NCBI RefSeq assembly: GCF_028641065.1
Contig: NW_026576285.1
Location: forward strand, 1-64,000
Origin: Leucoraja erinacea
Taxonomy: Eukaryota
DNA: 64,000 nucleotides
Direction: 5' to 3'
In this document: piece by piece, positions 1 through 13,119 of the stretch
Layout of the letters: every line of letters begins with the position of its first letter
How positions within the stretch are numbered: the first letter of the stretch is position 1
Position numbers and translations under genes: made by a program
The notes under the pieces: model-generated
The model's input: only the letters and a program-made list of their open reading frames with translations
Told to the model about the DNA's origin: nothing
Databases searched by the model: none

Positions 1-117
1 GGCTTTTGACATTTGGGGTAATAATTAGCATGAATGGAAGAAACAATTCCGAGCAAGCAGAGAGTTGTCTTAATGTTGGCCTTCATAACAATAGGATTTC
101 CGTATAGGTTCTTCTGC

Positions 118-950
118 AGTTGTATAGGGCTCTGGTGAGATCACATCTGGAGTAGTGTGTGCCGCTTTGGTCTCCTAATTTGAGAAAGGACATCCTTGTG
201 ATTGAAGCAGTGCAGCTTAGGTTCACGAGATTGATCCCTGGAATGGCGGGACTGTCATATGAGGAAAGAGTAAAAAGACTATGCTTGTATTCACTGGAGT
301 TTAGAAGGATGAGGGGGATCTTATAGAAACATATAAAATTATAAAAGGACTGGACAAGCTAGATGTAGGAAAAATGTTCCCAATGTTGGGCGAATCCAGA
401 ACCAGGGGCCACAGTCTTGGAATAAAGGGGAGGTCATTTAAGACTGAGGTGAGAAAAAACTTTTTCACCCAGAGAGTTGTGAATTTGTGGAATCCCGTGC
501 CACAGAGGGCAGTGGAGGCCAAGTCACTGGATGGTTTTAAGAGTGAGTTAGATAGAGCTCTAGGGGCTAGTGCAGTCAAGGGGTATGGGGAGAAGGCAGG
601 CACGGGTTATTGATAGGGGATGATCAGCCATGATCACTATGAATGAGAAACAAAAGAAATACAATATATTGTAGAGATCCAAACGTCATGAACAATCATG
701 AACAAATCATATATTTAAGAGGGAGTTAGATGTGGCCCTTGTGGCTAAAGGGATCAGGAGATATGGAGAGAAGGCAGGTACGGGATACTGAGTTGGTTGA
801 TCAGCCATGATCATATTGAATGGCGGTGCAGGCTCAAAGGGCCGAATGGCCTACTCCTGCACCTATTTTCTATGTATCTATGAATGGTGGTGCTGGCTCG
901 AAGGGCCGAATGGCCTCCTCCTGCACCTATTTTCTATGTCTCTATGTTTC
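118..950 (+). mobile_element. CR1 family B 3' fragment with duplicated tails
   Basis: RT C-terminus, with repeated gggccgaatggcctactcctgcacc tails at 712-880 and 880-950. Confidence 0.88.
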
Positions 951-1334
951 TAAAAGAGTGTTCAGGTTGGGAAACTGTAACTGCAGGTTGGGAATCAATG
1001 CAACTACTTATTGTTGGTATTAAGAGCAGATGAAGGGACAGATGGTGCTGTAGCCTAGATTGCTCATAATACATAGATAGGTTGGAAATTAAGTTCTGGA
1101 GTATGTCAACAGTCTTCAGAGTGAAACATCAGATTCCTTAGTTGTGCATTGTTCGAGGGGATCTTCAAAAGTGAGCATTTGTGTAGGTTAGTGCAGCATA
1201 CCTGGAATCAAACTAGTACAGTCGCTGTTTGTCAGGCAGTTATATTTTACGTTGCAGAAACTGTAACTTGCGTCACAGAACTTACTTCCTTAGGTTTTGT
1301 TTTATTAATGCCAGATGTTTCAAGATACAGTGTA

Positions 1335-1965
1335 AAGGTTTGTTTTAAATGCTGTCCAAACTAATTAGATATTACTATACATTAATACAAACTCAAAAAC
1401 AATAGATAGAGCAAAGAGGAGGATACAGAGTACAGAATATAGTTCTCAACATTGTAACATATCAGTCCCATAGACAATGTTCGATGTGCAATGAGGTTGA
1501 GGTGAATTAAACTAAATTAAACCTACATTATGGAAGGACCCTTCCGAAGCCTGATAACAGAAGGGTGTCCCTGAGTCTGGCATATTTTCAACTTTCTGTA
1601 CCTATTGCCTGATGGGAGCAGGAAGGAGGAATGACCAGGGTGGGATAAGTCTTGTTTTCCAAGGCAACCTGGTGTAGATTGAGTCAATAGTAGGAAGTCT
1701 GGGCTGTGTGATGATCCTTAACTCTTCGTTTATTCTTGCAGTCTTGGGCAGTGCAGTTCCTAAATCAAGATATGATGCAACCCAACAACATGCATTCTCT
1801 AGCGGCATCTATAGATGTTTGCAAGAGTCATGATGAATATTCTCAGTCTCCTGAGGAAGTAGAGGTGTCGGTGTGCCTCCTTGTCTATGTGGTCAGTCCA
1901 TGACAGTATATTGGATATATTCATGCCAAGGAACACAAATCTCTCAACCATTTCCACCTCGGACC
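1335..1965 (-). mobile_element. Degenerate Rex1/Babar fragment
   Basis: VERFVFLG..I...LSWTDHI...LYFLRRLR. Confidence 0.7.
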
Positions 1966-1992
1966 ATTGATTCGGATTGGGGCATTGGGGCA

Positions 1993-2605
1993 ATAAAACA
2001 TTCCTCCACTTTGATGACCTCGAAAAGATCATCCACACATTTATCTCCTCCCGCCTAGATTACTGCAACTCTTACACTGGCATCAGCCAATCTTCCCTGT
2101 CCCGCCTGCAACTGGTCCAAAACGCCACAGCGAGACTCCTGATGGGCACCCGAAAAAGGGACCACATCACCCCGATCCTGGCCTCTCTCCACTGGCTCTC
2201 TGTGCGGTTCTGTATACATTTCAAGACCCTCCTCTATGTCAACAAAGCTCTCAATGGGCTTGCCCCCTCCTACATTAAAAGTCTTCTCACCCACCACTCC
2301 ACCTCCAGGTCCCTCAGATCGGCCGACTTGGGGTTGCTGAATATCCCGCGGTCTAGGCATAAGCTTAGGGGCGACCGTGCCTTTGTGGTTGCAGCTCCTA
2401 GACTGTGGAACAGCATCCCTCTTCCCATTAGAACTGCCCCCTCCATCGACTCCTATAAGTCAAGACTAAAAACCTATCTATACTACCAAGCCTTTCCTGA
2501 CGTCCACTAAGCGAGGGCTATATGTATATATGTATGTAGTTTGTTTTTGTTTATACTATTCTTATAACAAATGTAAAGCACTTTGGCCAATGAGAGTTGT
2601 TTTTT
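1993..2605 (+). mobile_element. L2-clade LINE 3' fragment
   Basis: IHTFISSRLDYCNS, LQLVQNA, HITPIL..LHWL, AAPRLWN, and the tail tgtaaagcactttg. Confidence 0.9.
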
Positions 2606-3111
2606 AAATGGAGAGAAGGCAGGTACGGGATACTGAGTTGGATGATCAGCCATGATCATATTGAATGGTGGTGCAGGCTCGAAGGGCTGAATGGCCTACT
2701 CCTGCACCTAATTTCTATGTTTCTATGTTTCTAAATGTGCCAAATAAATAAATGTGACTTGATTTGACTTGACATGTACTCCCCCAGTGCCTTGCTGTTA
2801 ATCACATCATGAGGAAAGATTCATTTTTTAAATTTAAACATACCTTTCATGGATTTCAGTTTCACCACTGAGAACCCCAAATACTCCTTCCTTGTATATT
2901 AATTATTTATTTATTTACTTTTGATAAATTTTCTGTTGACAAAATCTTCTGCTCATGTGGAGAGTGGGAGTCTGATTACGTGATTGCTTAGAGCAACACC
3001 ACGAAACAAAGACAGTTTACGCATCTTGGAACATGGGATGTAGTCACATTGATTAAAATGGAAACAACAGAAGATAATGATTATCTATGAAAGAATATTT
3101 TACATTCTTAC

Positions 3112-3378
3112 CCCAGATGATAGTCTTCCCACCGGGCAGGCTGCTGTGATCAACATGACAGGAATACTGTTTCCCATCATACGGATCATACTCAAGGACA
3201 GACTTGAGATGATATGTTCCATCGTTGTTGGGTATGACCCCAGAAGATTTGGTCTCAAAGACATGGTGGCCATTCTGCAACCAGCTGACATTGATGGCCG
3301 GTGGGTAAAATGCAAACACAGTGCAGTACAGGATTGAATGATCATCAGTGCGGGCAGCGAGTGTGACCTCAGGTGAAA
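3112..3378 (-). CDS. MHC class I-like gene, exon 4 (alpha3 Ig C1-set domain)
   Basis: Acceptor tctcactgtcttgcag|, 267 nt, donor TGG G|GTAAGA. Encodes VSPEVTL...LYCTVFAFYPPAINVSWLQNG...PNNDGTYHL...YSCHVDHSSL...W, with the C1-set motifs C-x4-FYP, W, PNxDGTY and YxCxVxH. Confidence 0.96.
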
Positions 3379-4307
3379 CTGCAAGACAGTGAGATGGTTA
3401 TTTTCACCTTCAGTAAAACTTGCACAGTCACCCACCTCAAACTATTCTTCAGTCTACTACAACAACCAGGTTACTGACTACATCTGCCCCATTTTGTCTC
3501 TTTCGTCACCATCAACTAACCACGTGGTTTAAAAGGGATCGCACGCTCCCTGTTAAGATAGTACACAAGAGTTTGAAAGCTCGTACCATTAAATTCAGGA
3601 ACAGCTTCTTCCCCACTTTATTTGGACTACTGAATGATTCTCATGTAAGATAAGGTGTTGTCCTGATCTTCCAACCAATCTCATTATGATCCTTGCAACT
3701 CATTTTGATCTGCACTATCTCTGTAACTGTAATGCTATGATATTGTAATTCTGCTCTCTGAATAGTTTTCTCTTTGCCCTGTTCTACTTGTGGATTGCTT
3801 GATTGCACATGTGTAGTATGATCTGATTGGATAACACAGACAAACTTTAGACTATATCTCAGTTCACGTAACAATAATATACTAATACCAACGGCAAATC
3901 TTTCAACTCGGGCACATTAATAAATAATTGACAAGTTACGAAATGAGGGCCAATTGGGGAGGGGACAAGCATAAAATTGACAATATTTCACTCCTCGTCA
4001 ATAAGAGATAAAAGGGACCAGTCATTTGTTTACAAAATCTAAGTTTGCAGAGTGTGGTCATTCTCTGGCACTCTCGACCCCAGAGATTTGTGAAGACAAA
4101 ATCATTGGAAGTATTTAATGTGGCAGTAGTTAAACTTTTGAAAGATTTGAGAATTTAGTTCAATGAGGAACTGACACCGAACAGGAGTTGATGCCTGAGG
4201 AACATCAGCCATGGTCATACTGAATGGTGGGCAGGTTTGAGGACCAAATGGCTTACTCGGAAACTTGATAATCAAGGAGAAAATCAGGCTTATGAATGAT
4301 CGTTCCA

Positions 4308-4822
4308 TAAACATATAACCATATAAACATATAACAATTACAGCACGGAAACAGGCCATCTCGACCCTTCTAGTCCGTGCCGAACACATAATCTCCCCGA
4401 GTCCCATATACCTGCGCTCAGACCATAACCCTCCATTCCCTTCCCATCCATATAACTATCCAATTTATTTTTAAATGATAAAAACGAACCTGCCTCCACC
4501 ACCTTCACTGGAAGCTCATTCCACACAGCTACCACTCTCTTAGTAAAGAAGTTCCCCCTCATGTTACCCCTAAACTTCAGTCCCTTAATTCTCATGTCAT
4601 GTCCCCTTGTTTGAATCTTCACTACTCTCAGTGGGAAAAGCTTTTCCACGTCAACTCTGTCTATCCCTCTCATCATTTTAAAAACCTCTATCAAGTCCCC
4701 CCTTAACCTTCTGCGATCCAAAGAATAAAGCCCTAACTTGTTCAACCTTTCTCTGTAACTTAGTTGCTGAAACCCAGGCAACATTCTAGTAAATCTCCTC
4801 TGTACTCTCTCTATTTTGTTAA
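4308..4822 (-). mobile_element. CR1 family A 3' fragment
   Basis: RT C-terminus NKIERVQRRFTRML...GIWD plus tail. Confidence 0.92.
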
Positions 4823-6384
4823 CCCTATAAGCTAGGGTTCTATCCAATTGACCACTACCCCATTGCAGACAGTGGACTTTGTTTATGGAACTATGTAGGA
4901 AGTAACTGTAGACGCTGGTTTAAACCGCAGATAGACACAACATGCTAGAGTAACTCAACGTGTCAGGCAGCATCTCTGGAGAGAAGGAATGTGTCACGTT
5001 TCATGTCAAAACCCTTCTCTAATGGGCTGCATTGCTGAGAACTATATGCTGCACTCTGTAACTTCCCTTTTGCTCTACCTACAGTACCTGAGTTTGACTT
5101 GATTATATATATGTATGTTGTTATCTCATCCAATTGGATAGCATGCAAAACAAAGCGTTACACTGTAGCTCAGTACATGGGCAGCACAGTAGCGCAGCGG
5201 GAAAGTTGCTGCCTTACAGTACCACAGACCCAAGTTCAATCTTGACAATGGGTGCTGTCTATATGGAGTTCACACATTCTACCTGTGACCATGTGAGTTA
5301 TCTCTGGCTGCTCCACTTCCGTCACATTCAAAGACGCCCAGGTTTGTACATTTTTTGGCTTCATTGTCCCTAGTGTGTAGGATAGAACTAATGTTTGGGT
5401 GGTCGTTAGTCAGCACAGATTCAGTGGGCCAAAAGGCCTGTTTCCATGCTGTACCTCTAAACTAAAGGTGACAATAATAAATCTACACTTTACCCTGTGC
5501 CTATCTGTAGATTAGTGTCACTCATACTGTGGTTCCGCCCACATGCTTATTAGAGCGCTCTCTCTCTCTCTCTGTCTCCGGTAGACTGAGAAGAAAGCAC
5601 CTTGTGTTTCTCTGCATAGTTACTAATAATAGACTATGGATTCTACCCACTATGTGTGAGTTTGGTCATTCTTCCAACACTATCTCTTGTGTTGTTACGT
5701 CTCTGGAACTAAGTGGTAGCTGCGCTTAACTGTTGTAGCATACCTGTTTATGTTGAACAATTCATGAAAAAAGTCTAAAAAGGATTAAAAAAACAAGTGA
5801 TTCCAGAATGTTGAAAGATAATTGGGGCTGATACGTAATGGGGTGGCACTGCGGCACAGTTCCAGTGACGAGGGTTTGATCGCAATCTTGAAAGAAAAAC
5901 TTAAACTGAGGCAGGCTCCTCTACTTCATCAATCCAGTTATGACACTCAAGTCAAGTCAAGTCCAATCACATTTATTTATATAGCACATATAAAAACAAC
6001 TCTTGTTGGCCAAAGTGCTTCACATTTGTTATAAGAATAGTATGAACAAACAAACTACATACATCTTATATATTACTAAAAGCCTGATTTGACCGCTTTT
6101 GACCCACTGTGCTGCGATTCTCTGAGAGAACGCCGCAACATACGCCCGTCATTTATGGCCACCTCGCCTTCTGGGAGCAGAGGATTTTTCCCATCGATGA
6201 AAAATGGGAGAGATATTAATGTTTTTACAACATTCTCCATTCTCTCTGCTGCCCCCGCTGGCGGCAGGGGGAGGGACTATAAAACCCGGAAGTGTTGTAC
6301 CTCACTCGGTGTCTGCCAGACCCAGGATGGCAGAGGGTCACGGCTCTCTGAGCTGCGAATCTACCCCACAGTGAGTCCCCACGA

Positions 6385-7165
6385 TGTGCTTTTCAGCAAA
6401 CGGATGTGTTTTTAGCGGCTTGCTTGCTTGCTCAGTGTTTTTTTCCCTAATTGCTTGGCATGTTTTTAAATTGCTTTCCAACGAACGGATGTGTTTTTGT
6501 CGGCTTGCTTGCTTGCTCAGTGTTTTTCCCCAATTGCTTGGCATGTTTAACATTGCTTTTCAGCGAACGGATGTGTTTTTTGTCGGCTTGCTTGCTTGCT
6601 CAGTCTTTTTTTCCCCCAATTGCTTGGCTTTTTAAAAATTACTTTTCAGCGAGGGGATGTGTTTTTGTCGGCTTGCTTGCTTGCTTGCTCAGTGTATTTT
6701 TTCACCAATTGCTTGGCATTTTATAAATTGCTTTTCAGCGAACGGATGTGTTTTTTGTCGATTTGCTTGCTTGCTCAGTGTTTTTTTTCCCCAATTCCTT
6801 CGCATTTTTTAAATTGCTTTTCAGCGACGGATGAGTTTTTTGTTGGCTTGCCTGTTTGCTCAGTTTTTTTTTCCGTGGGGGGAGGGATTATAAAACCTGG
6901 AAGTGCCGTGCCTCACTCAGTCTCTGCCAGACATAGGAAGCGAGAGGGTCACGGCTCTCTGAGCTGCGAAGCACACCTACACGGTGAGTCCCCTCGATGT
7001 ACTTTTCAGCGAACGGATGTGTTTTTGTCGGCTTGCTTGCTTGCTCAGTGTTTTTTTTCCGCAATTGCTTGGCATTTTTTAAATTGTTTTTCAGCGAGCG
7101 GATGTGGTCTTTGTCGGCTTGCCTGATTGCTCAGTGTTCTTTTCCCCAATTGCTTGGCTTTTTAA
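6385..7165 (+). repeat. ~83-87-bp tandem minisatellite (about 8 units, interrupted at 6876-6995)
   Basis: Recurring ttttcagcgaacggatgtgtttttgtcggcttgcttgcttgctcagtg. Confidence 0.9.
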
Positions 7166-7572
7166 AGGGCTTTCTTGCAACAGTTTTCAGATGGATAAAG
7201 TGAATAAACATTGTATTAGATCAGTACTGTGTTTAATTTCAAAATTGGCACTCATTCTGCGATTTTCGCTAGGTTGCAAGATGGCATAATTTCCGGTTAG
7301 TGGCATGTTGGCGATTAGTGCATAATTTCCGCTTCGTGGCGAGCAGCGAGAGTGTGACGTGAAGATGGCGGCAAGTGCAGGTGCTGTTAAATAATTCATG
7401 AATTTACTGCTCTGTCTATGGTGAGTGTGTTTGTTTGACGTTATTAAAAGCATGATTTTGCTTCAGCAGCAGCCTCCACAGCAGGCTTTAAAGATTTGTT
7501 TTACACACTGTATATTCAACACGTTCTGAATGTACTTGGCATTTTAGAATTGGAGTTTGTGTGTATTAATGC

Positions 7573-8194
7573 GTGTGTGAATGAGTCTGTGTGTGTGTGA
7601 ATGTGTGTGTGAATGAGTCTGTGTGTGTGAGTGAGAATGTGTGAATGAGTCTGTGTGTGTGTGTGAATGTGTGTGTGTGTGTGTGCATGTGTGTGTGTGT
7701 GTGCATATCAAGAGTCAAGAGTCAATTTAATTGTCATTTGGACCCCTTGAGGTCCAAACGAAATGCCGTTTCTGCAGCCATACATTACAAACAAATAGAC
7801 CCCAGACACAACACAATTTACATTTTACATAAACATCCATCACATTGCTGTGATGGAAGGCCAAAAAAACTTATCTCTCCACTGCACTCTCCCCCCCCGA
7901 TGTCAGAGTCAAAGTCAAAGCCCCCGGCTGGCGATGGCGATTGTCCCGCGGCCATTAAAGCCACGCCGGGTGGTGCGAGGTCGCACACCGGGTCTTGGTG
8001 TTAGAGCCCCCGGCGTGCGCTCGCAGAGTCCCACGGCCATTCCAAGCCGCGCGGGGCGGTGATGTTAGGCCCCGCTCCAGGAGCTCTTCGACCCCGCAAC
8101 GCCGTTGCAGGAGCCCTGAAAAGCGGTCTCCCTCCAGGGACCCGCGGGCTCCCGGTGCCGCCGTCCGCAGACCCGCAGTTGCAGCCCTCCGAAT

Positions 8195-8225
<31 letters not shown>

Positions 8226-8682
8226 TCCACCACCGCTCCACCCGCTCTGGACTCGGCCAGCTCCGCGACGGTGAGGTGAGTCAGCACCAGAGTCCCCGGC
8301 TTCTTCTGTTGGAGGCCGCTCCTCATTTGCAGCCCCAACGACAACGGAGACCCGACAAGAAAAGGTCGGGTCTCCCGTGCAGGGAGAGATTTAAAAAGTT
8401 GCCCCCTCCCTCCGACCCCCCCCACACACACACCCCAACAAAAAATAACAAAAACTACATATAAACATAGACAAAAAATAATAAAAACGCGGACGGGCTG
8501 CAGAGGCCGCTGCTGACGAGAGTCGCGCCGCCTACCGGATGTGTGTGTGTGTGAATGAGTGTCTGTGTGTGCGTGTGTGTGAATGTGTGTGTGTGTGTGT
8601 GTGTGTGTGTTTGTGTTTGTGTGAATGAGTCTGTGCGAATGAGTCTGTGTGTGTGTGTGTGAATGAGTCTGTGTGTGTGTGT
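7573..8682. repeat. (TG)n/(GTGAATGA) microsatellite split by a retroelement
   Basis: Tracts at 7573-7705 and 8540-8682. Confidence 0.9.
7708..8539 (-). mobile_element. Non-autonomous retroelement inserted in a TG-rich microsatellite
   Basis: GC-rich body containing (CTG)n, a 3' stem-loop and a (TTGACTC)n tail. Its 3' part is homologous to 9497-9790 (+). Confidence 0.6.
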
Positions 8683-9185
8683 GATCAACAAATAGCACAA
8701 ATAACAGTCTTTCATAGTTCAGAGCTTATTTGTTATGTCCAATAGCTTGATGGCTGTCAGGAAGAAGCTTTTCTTCAATGTAGATGTTACAGTTTTCAGT
8801 TTACAAAAGTCAGTCGTGACTCCAGAAGTCGGGCATCAGTCAGTCCACAAGCCGTGAGAGTCAGTCAGTCCAAAGACCATGAGTTCATCCAAAGGCAGTG
8901 AGTGAGTCCAGAGGTCATGAGTAAGTCGCTCACTGCCCCCCCCCCCCCCTCCACTGACACCCCCCACCTCAAGACTCTGCCCTCCACCTGGCTATAGGAT
9001 GCGCCCTCTCCTGCCCCCCTACTGAAGCCGCCCACATCCCCTGCTGGGTCCCCTAGCTGTACTGCCAGGCCTCAGTGACTGAGCTGCCAGCCCAAGAATC
9101 CATCCGGCCCACAATGTCCATACTAGCCCTTTGGAAACCAGTACCTTCAGTCCACAACACCCATACTAGCACAACAGGAAGTCCC

Positions 9186-9219
<34 letters not shown>

Positions 9220-9325
9220 ACCACACTGGCGAGCAATATTGGAATTGGTGGAGAGGTGGAATATTGCATTGGGTGACCAGCCCTCCCGTGTGATGCTGGG
9301 ACCCAATGAGTCCCACTTAGTCTAG

Positions 9326-10540
9326 TATATACATATAGCCCTCGCCCAGTGGACGTCAGGAAAGGCTTGGGAGTATAGATAAGATTTTAGTCTTGACTTA
9401 AAGGAGTCGATGGAGGGGGCAGTTCTGATGGGAAGGGGGTTGCTGTTCCACAGTCTAGGAGCTGCAACCGCAAAGGTGCGGTCGCCCCTAAGCATATGCC
9501 AAGACCCGGGGCAGGGCCTTACATCGCCCGACGTGGCTTTAAATGGTTGCAGACTTGCAGGCGCCCACTGGAGGCTTTGACTTTGACTTCGGGAGAGGAA
9601 TGGAGAGCAGGAGAGAGACAAGACTTTGCCTTCCATCAGATTGAGGAGGAGATTCACTGTGACGGATTTTGTGTAAATTGTGTTGGTGTGTGCCTTGGTT
9701 CTTTTCTTGTATGGCTGCAGAAACCAAATTTCGTTTGAACTTCATGTGAGGTTCAAATGACAAATAAACGGTATTGTATTGTATTGTATATTCAGCAGTC
9801 CCAAGTCGGCCGATCTGACGGACCTGGAGGTGGAATGGTGGGTGAGAAGACTTTTAATGTAGGAGGGGGCAAGCCCATTGCGGGCTTTGTAGACATAGAG
9901 GAGGGTCTTGAAATGTATACGGAACCGCACAGGGAGCCAGTGGAGAGAGGCCAGGATCGGGGTGATGTGGTCCCTTTTGCAGGCGCGGGACAGGGAAGAT
10001 TGGCTGATGCCAGTGTAAAGAGAGTTGCAGTAATCTAGGCGGGAGGAGATAAATGTGTGGATGATCTTTTCAAGGTCATCAAAGTGGAGGAATTGTTTTA
10101 TTTTAGCTATCGGCCGAAGCTGGAAGAAGCTAGCTTTTACCACGGCATTGACTTGTTTGTCAAATTTCAATGCCGAGTCAAATATCACGCTAAGGTTTTT
10201 GACGTGAGGTTAGAGTAGTGGGGTAAGGCTTCCAAGGCTACCTACTATCATTTTGATTTAGTCCGAGGGGCCGAGAAAGATGACCTCAGACTTACTCTCA
10301 TTTAGTTGGAGGAAGTTCTGGGCCACCCAGCACTTTTTATCCTTGAGGCAGCGGGTAAGTTTAAGCAGATTTGATTGGTTTTTGGCTTCAGGGGGAGATA
10401 GAGTTGTGTATCGTCTGCGTAGCAATGGAAGGAAATGCCGTGCCTTTGAATAACTTGGCCTAAGGGGAGCATATACAGGGAAAAGAGAATGGGGCCAAGG
10501 ATGAAACCTTTTAGAACCCCACAGCAGAAACTAGCTGGGC
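9326..10540 (-). mobile_element. L2-clade LINE fragment, interrupted at 9497-9790
   Basis: [18 protein letters not shown] and SRLDYCNS. Same family as 1993-2605. Confidence 0.9.
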
Positions 10541-12221
10541 CTGAACATGAGAAAATGAGAAATTGGGTATTTCCTTGGGGCAAAATCAGACTTTTCAGAG
10601 ACTTAGAAGCTGCAAGACAGTCCTGGAATATGGTGGATCTCTGCAAGGTGTTCCAGAAGAGGATGTATTGTACTTATGTACAGTGTGACTTGACTGGAGA
10701 GAATGCAGAACAAACATTTCACTGCAGATAGACACAAAAAGCTGAAGTGACACAGCGGGACGGGCATTTTGCAGGTAGATAACTTAACTGTAATTTTTTT
10801 TTAAAACACAAAAACGTGCAGGTGTAACTCAGTGGCTTTGGCAGCATCTGGAAGACATGGTTACGTAATGTTTCAGCTTGGGATCCTGCTTCATACTTCT
10901 TGCATCTGTTCTTTCTGACTTAACACTTGAAATGACCAGTTCATTTATCGACAGGGAATGCAACTTGTTGAATGTGAAATTGAGTTTGAAAGGCTGCAAC
11001 ATGTCCAGACAGAAGCTGATTTGTTGCTCCTCAAGGTTACTTTCACCCATGTTATTATAGTGTAAGAGATACAGATGGATGGATCATGGTGGGGGTCGAA
11101 CTGAGAATTAAAGTGGCAGGAATTAGGAATTTTAGAAATTCCCATGGATTGAATGCAGGTTCTCCAGAAAACAGCCACTCACTTGGTTTCATTGATGCAA
11201 TGTGGAAGATTACATCATGAAAACCAAGTGCAGTAGATTTGAATGGAAGTGCAAGTGTTTCACGCTGTTTCGCTTTGAAGAACTACCTGGGTCTATGGAC
11301 AGTGGGAAGGGAAGAGGTAAATGGATAGATGTTGCATGCACCAAGACAGGAAAGTAGAGGAAAGTAGTGGGGATAGTAGACAGACCAGGGAGTGAAAAGG
11401 GAATGACTAGTTCAAAATATAGAATTGGGAGCAGAGCAGGAGGGGAGGGAGAAATGGATTGACTAATTGAATCAGATTTAAACTGGGATGAAGTACTCAA
11501 CATGGAGGCTGGAAGAGTGGAAAAACGTATCCCTGCCCGGTCCAATGAGAATATATAGAACATAGACCAGTACAGCACAAGAACAGGACTTTCAGCCAGG
11601 TTAAACTAAGGCAACACATTGGCACAGTGATAGAGTGGATGTCTAACAGCATTATAGATCCGGGTACGATCCTGACTAGAGTGCTGTCTGGACGGAGTTT
11701 GTACGTTCTCTCTGTCACTCTGTGGGTTTTCTCTGGGGACTCCGGTTTCCTCCCAAATACAAAAGACATGCAGGTTAATTGGCTTCTGTAAATTGTCCCT
11801 AGCTTGTAGGACGGAAATAGTGAATGGGCAATTGCTGGTCAGTGCAGACTCAGTGGCCCAAAGGTCCTGTTTCCATACTCTATCTCTAAACTAAACCAAA
11901 ACTAATCTCCACAGCCTGCATGTGGTCCATATCATTGTATTCGCTGCATATCCTCAAGCCTGTCCAAAACTTTCTTAAGCACCAGTATCATGTCCCTCTC
12001 TACCACCACTCCTGGTTGCACATTCTAAGTATCAAGCACACTATGCAAAAAAACACTTGACGCGCACATCTCGTGTAAATGTTGCCCTTCGAAGCTTAAC
12101 GCAGTGCTCTATAGATCTGTGTGATAGACATGCAATCCCATTAGGGGCTGTCAACTGTGGTCAAGTAAGTCCATGGTTAACTAATATGAAAGACATCAAT
12201 GACACTTTCTCCCTCTCAGAC

Positions 12222-12800
12222 AGGGATGTAATGCTGAGGTGCCGGTCAAGCCACATTTGGAGCATTGTGAGCAATTGTGGGCACCATATCTGAGGAAGGA
12301 TGTGCTGGCCCTGGAGAGGGTCCAGAGGAGGTGTACAAGAATGATCCCAGGAATGAGTGGGTTAACATATGATGAGCATTTGATGGTAGTGGACATGTAC
12401 TCGCTGGAGTTTAGAAGAATAAGGGTGAACCTCATTGAATCATACCAAATGGTGAAAAGATTTGGATAGAGTGGATGTGGAGAGGATGTTTCCAATGGTG
12501 GGGGAGTCTACGACTAGACGTCACAGTCTCAATATTAAAGGACAATCCTTGAGGAAGGAGTTAAAGAGGAATTAATTTTGTTTGAGGGTGGTGAGTCTGT
12601 GGAATTATTTGCCACAGAAGGCTTTGGAGTCTATCAATGGATATTTCTAAGCCATAGAAAGATTCTTGATTAGTATGCATGTCAGGGGTTATGGGGAGAA
12701 GGCAAGAGAATGGGGTTAGGAGGGAGAGATAGATCAGCCACGATTGAATGGCGAAGTAGACTTGATGGGCCGAATGTTCTAATACTGCACCCATCACTAG
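12222..12800 (+). mobile_element. Older CR1 3' fragment
   Basis: PHLEHCEQLWAPYLRKDVLALERVQRR. Confidence 0.8.
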
Positions 12801-13119
12801 TGACCTTATGACTCAGTTGGCTTCCTCCATGTGCTCCAGTTTCATCCCATATACCAAAGACGTGCCAGTGATTTAGTTGGACATTGCAAATTATCCGTAG
12901 TGGAGCTGAATGAAAGGAGAATCCGAGGGAGCAGAGTACAAGGTGTGAGAGAGCTGTGGAGCAGTTTGTCGACATTTCATTGAAAATTAGCATCGACTCA
13001 ATGGGCCGAATTACCTTCCACTCTGTCATGATTGGGTCAGAGATAATATTACTCATTGCCTCAGAGTGAAATATTACTCATTGCTTACCATCACAAAACA
13101 ACACTTTTTCAGAACTCAC

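Larger units (their letters stand above)
6064..9325 (+). mobile_element. Helitron-like composite region
   Basis: 5' tcttatatattactaaaa at about 6064. 3' hairpin GGGAC-ccaatga-GTCCC + 7 nt + CTAG ends at 9325. The region may be several fragments rather than one element. Confidence 0.5.

Noticed and set aside
6384-7289. Cys/Phe-rich ORFs and a CRISPR-like periodic pattern
   Set aside because: This is a contiguous minisatellite with no unique spacers and no cas genes, in a vertebrate context. The ORFs are repeat translations.
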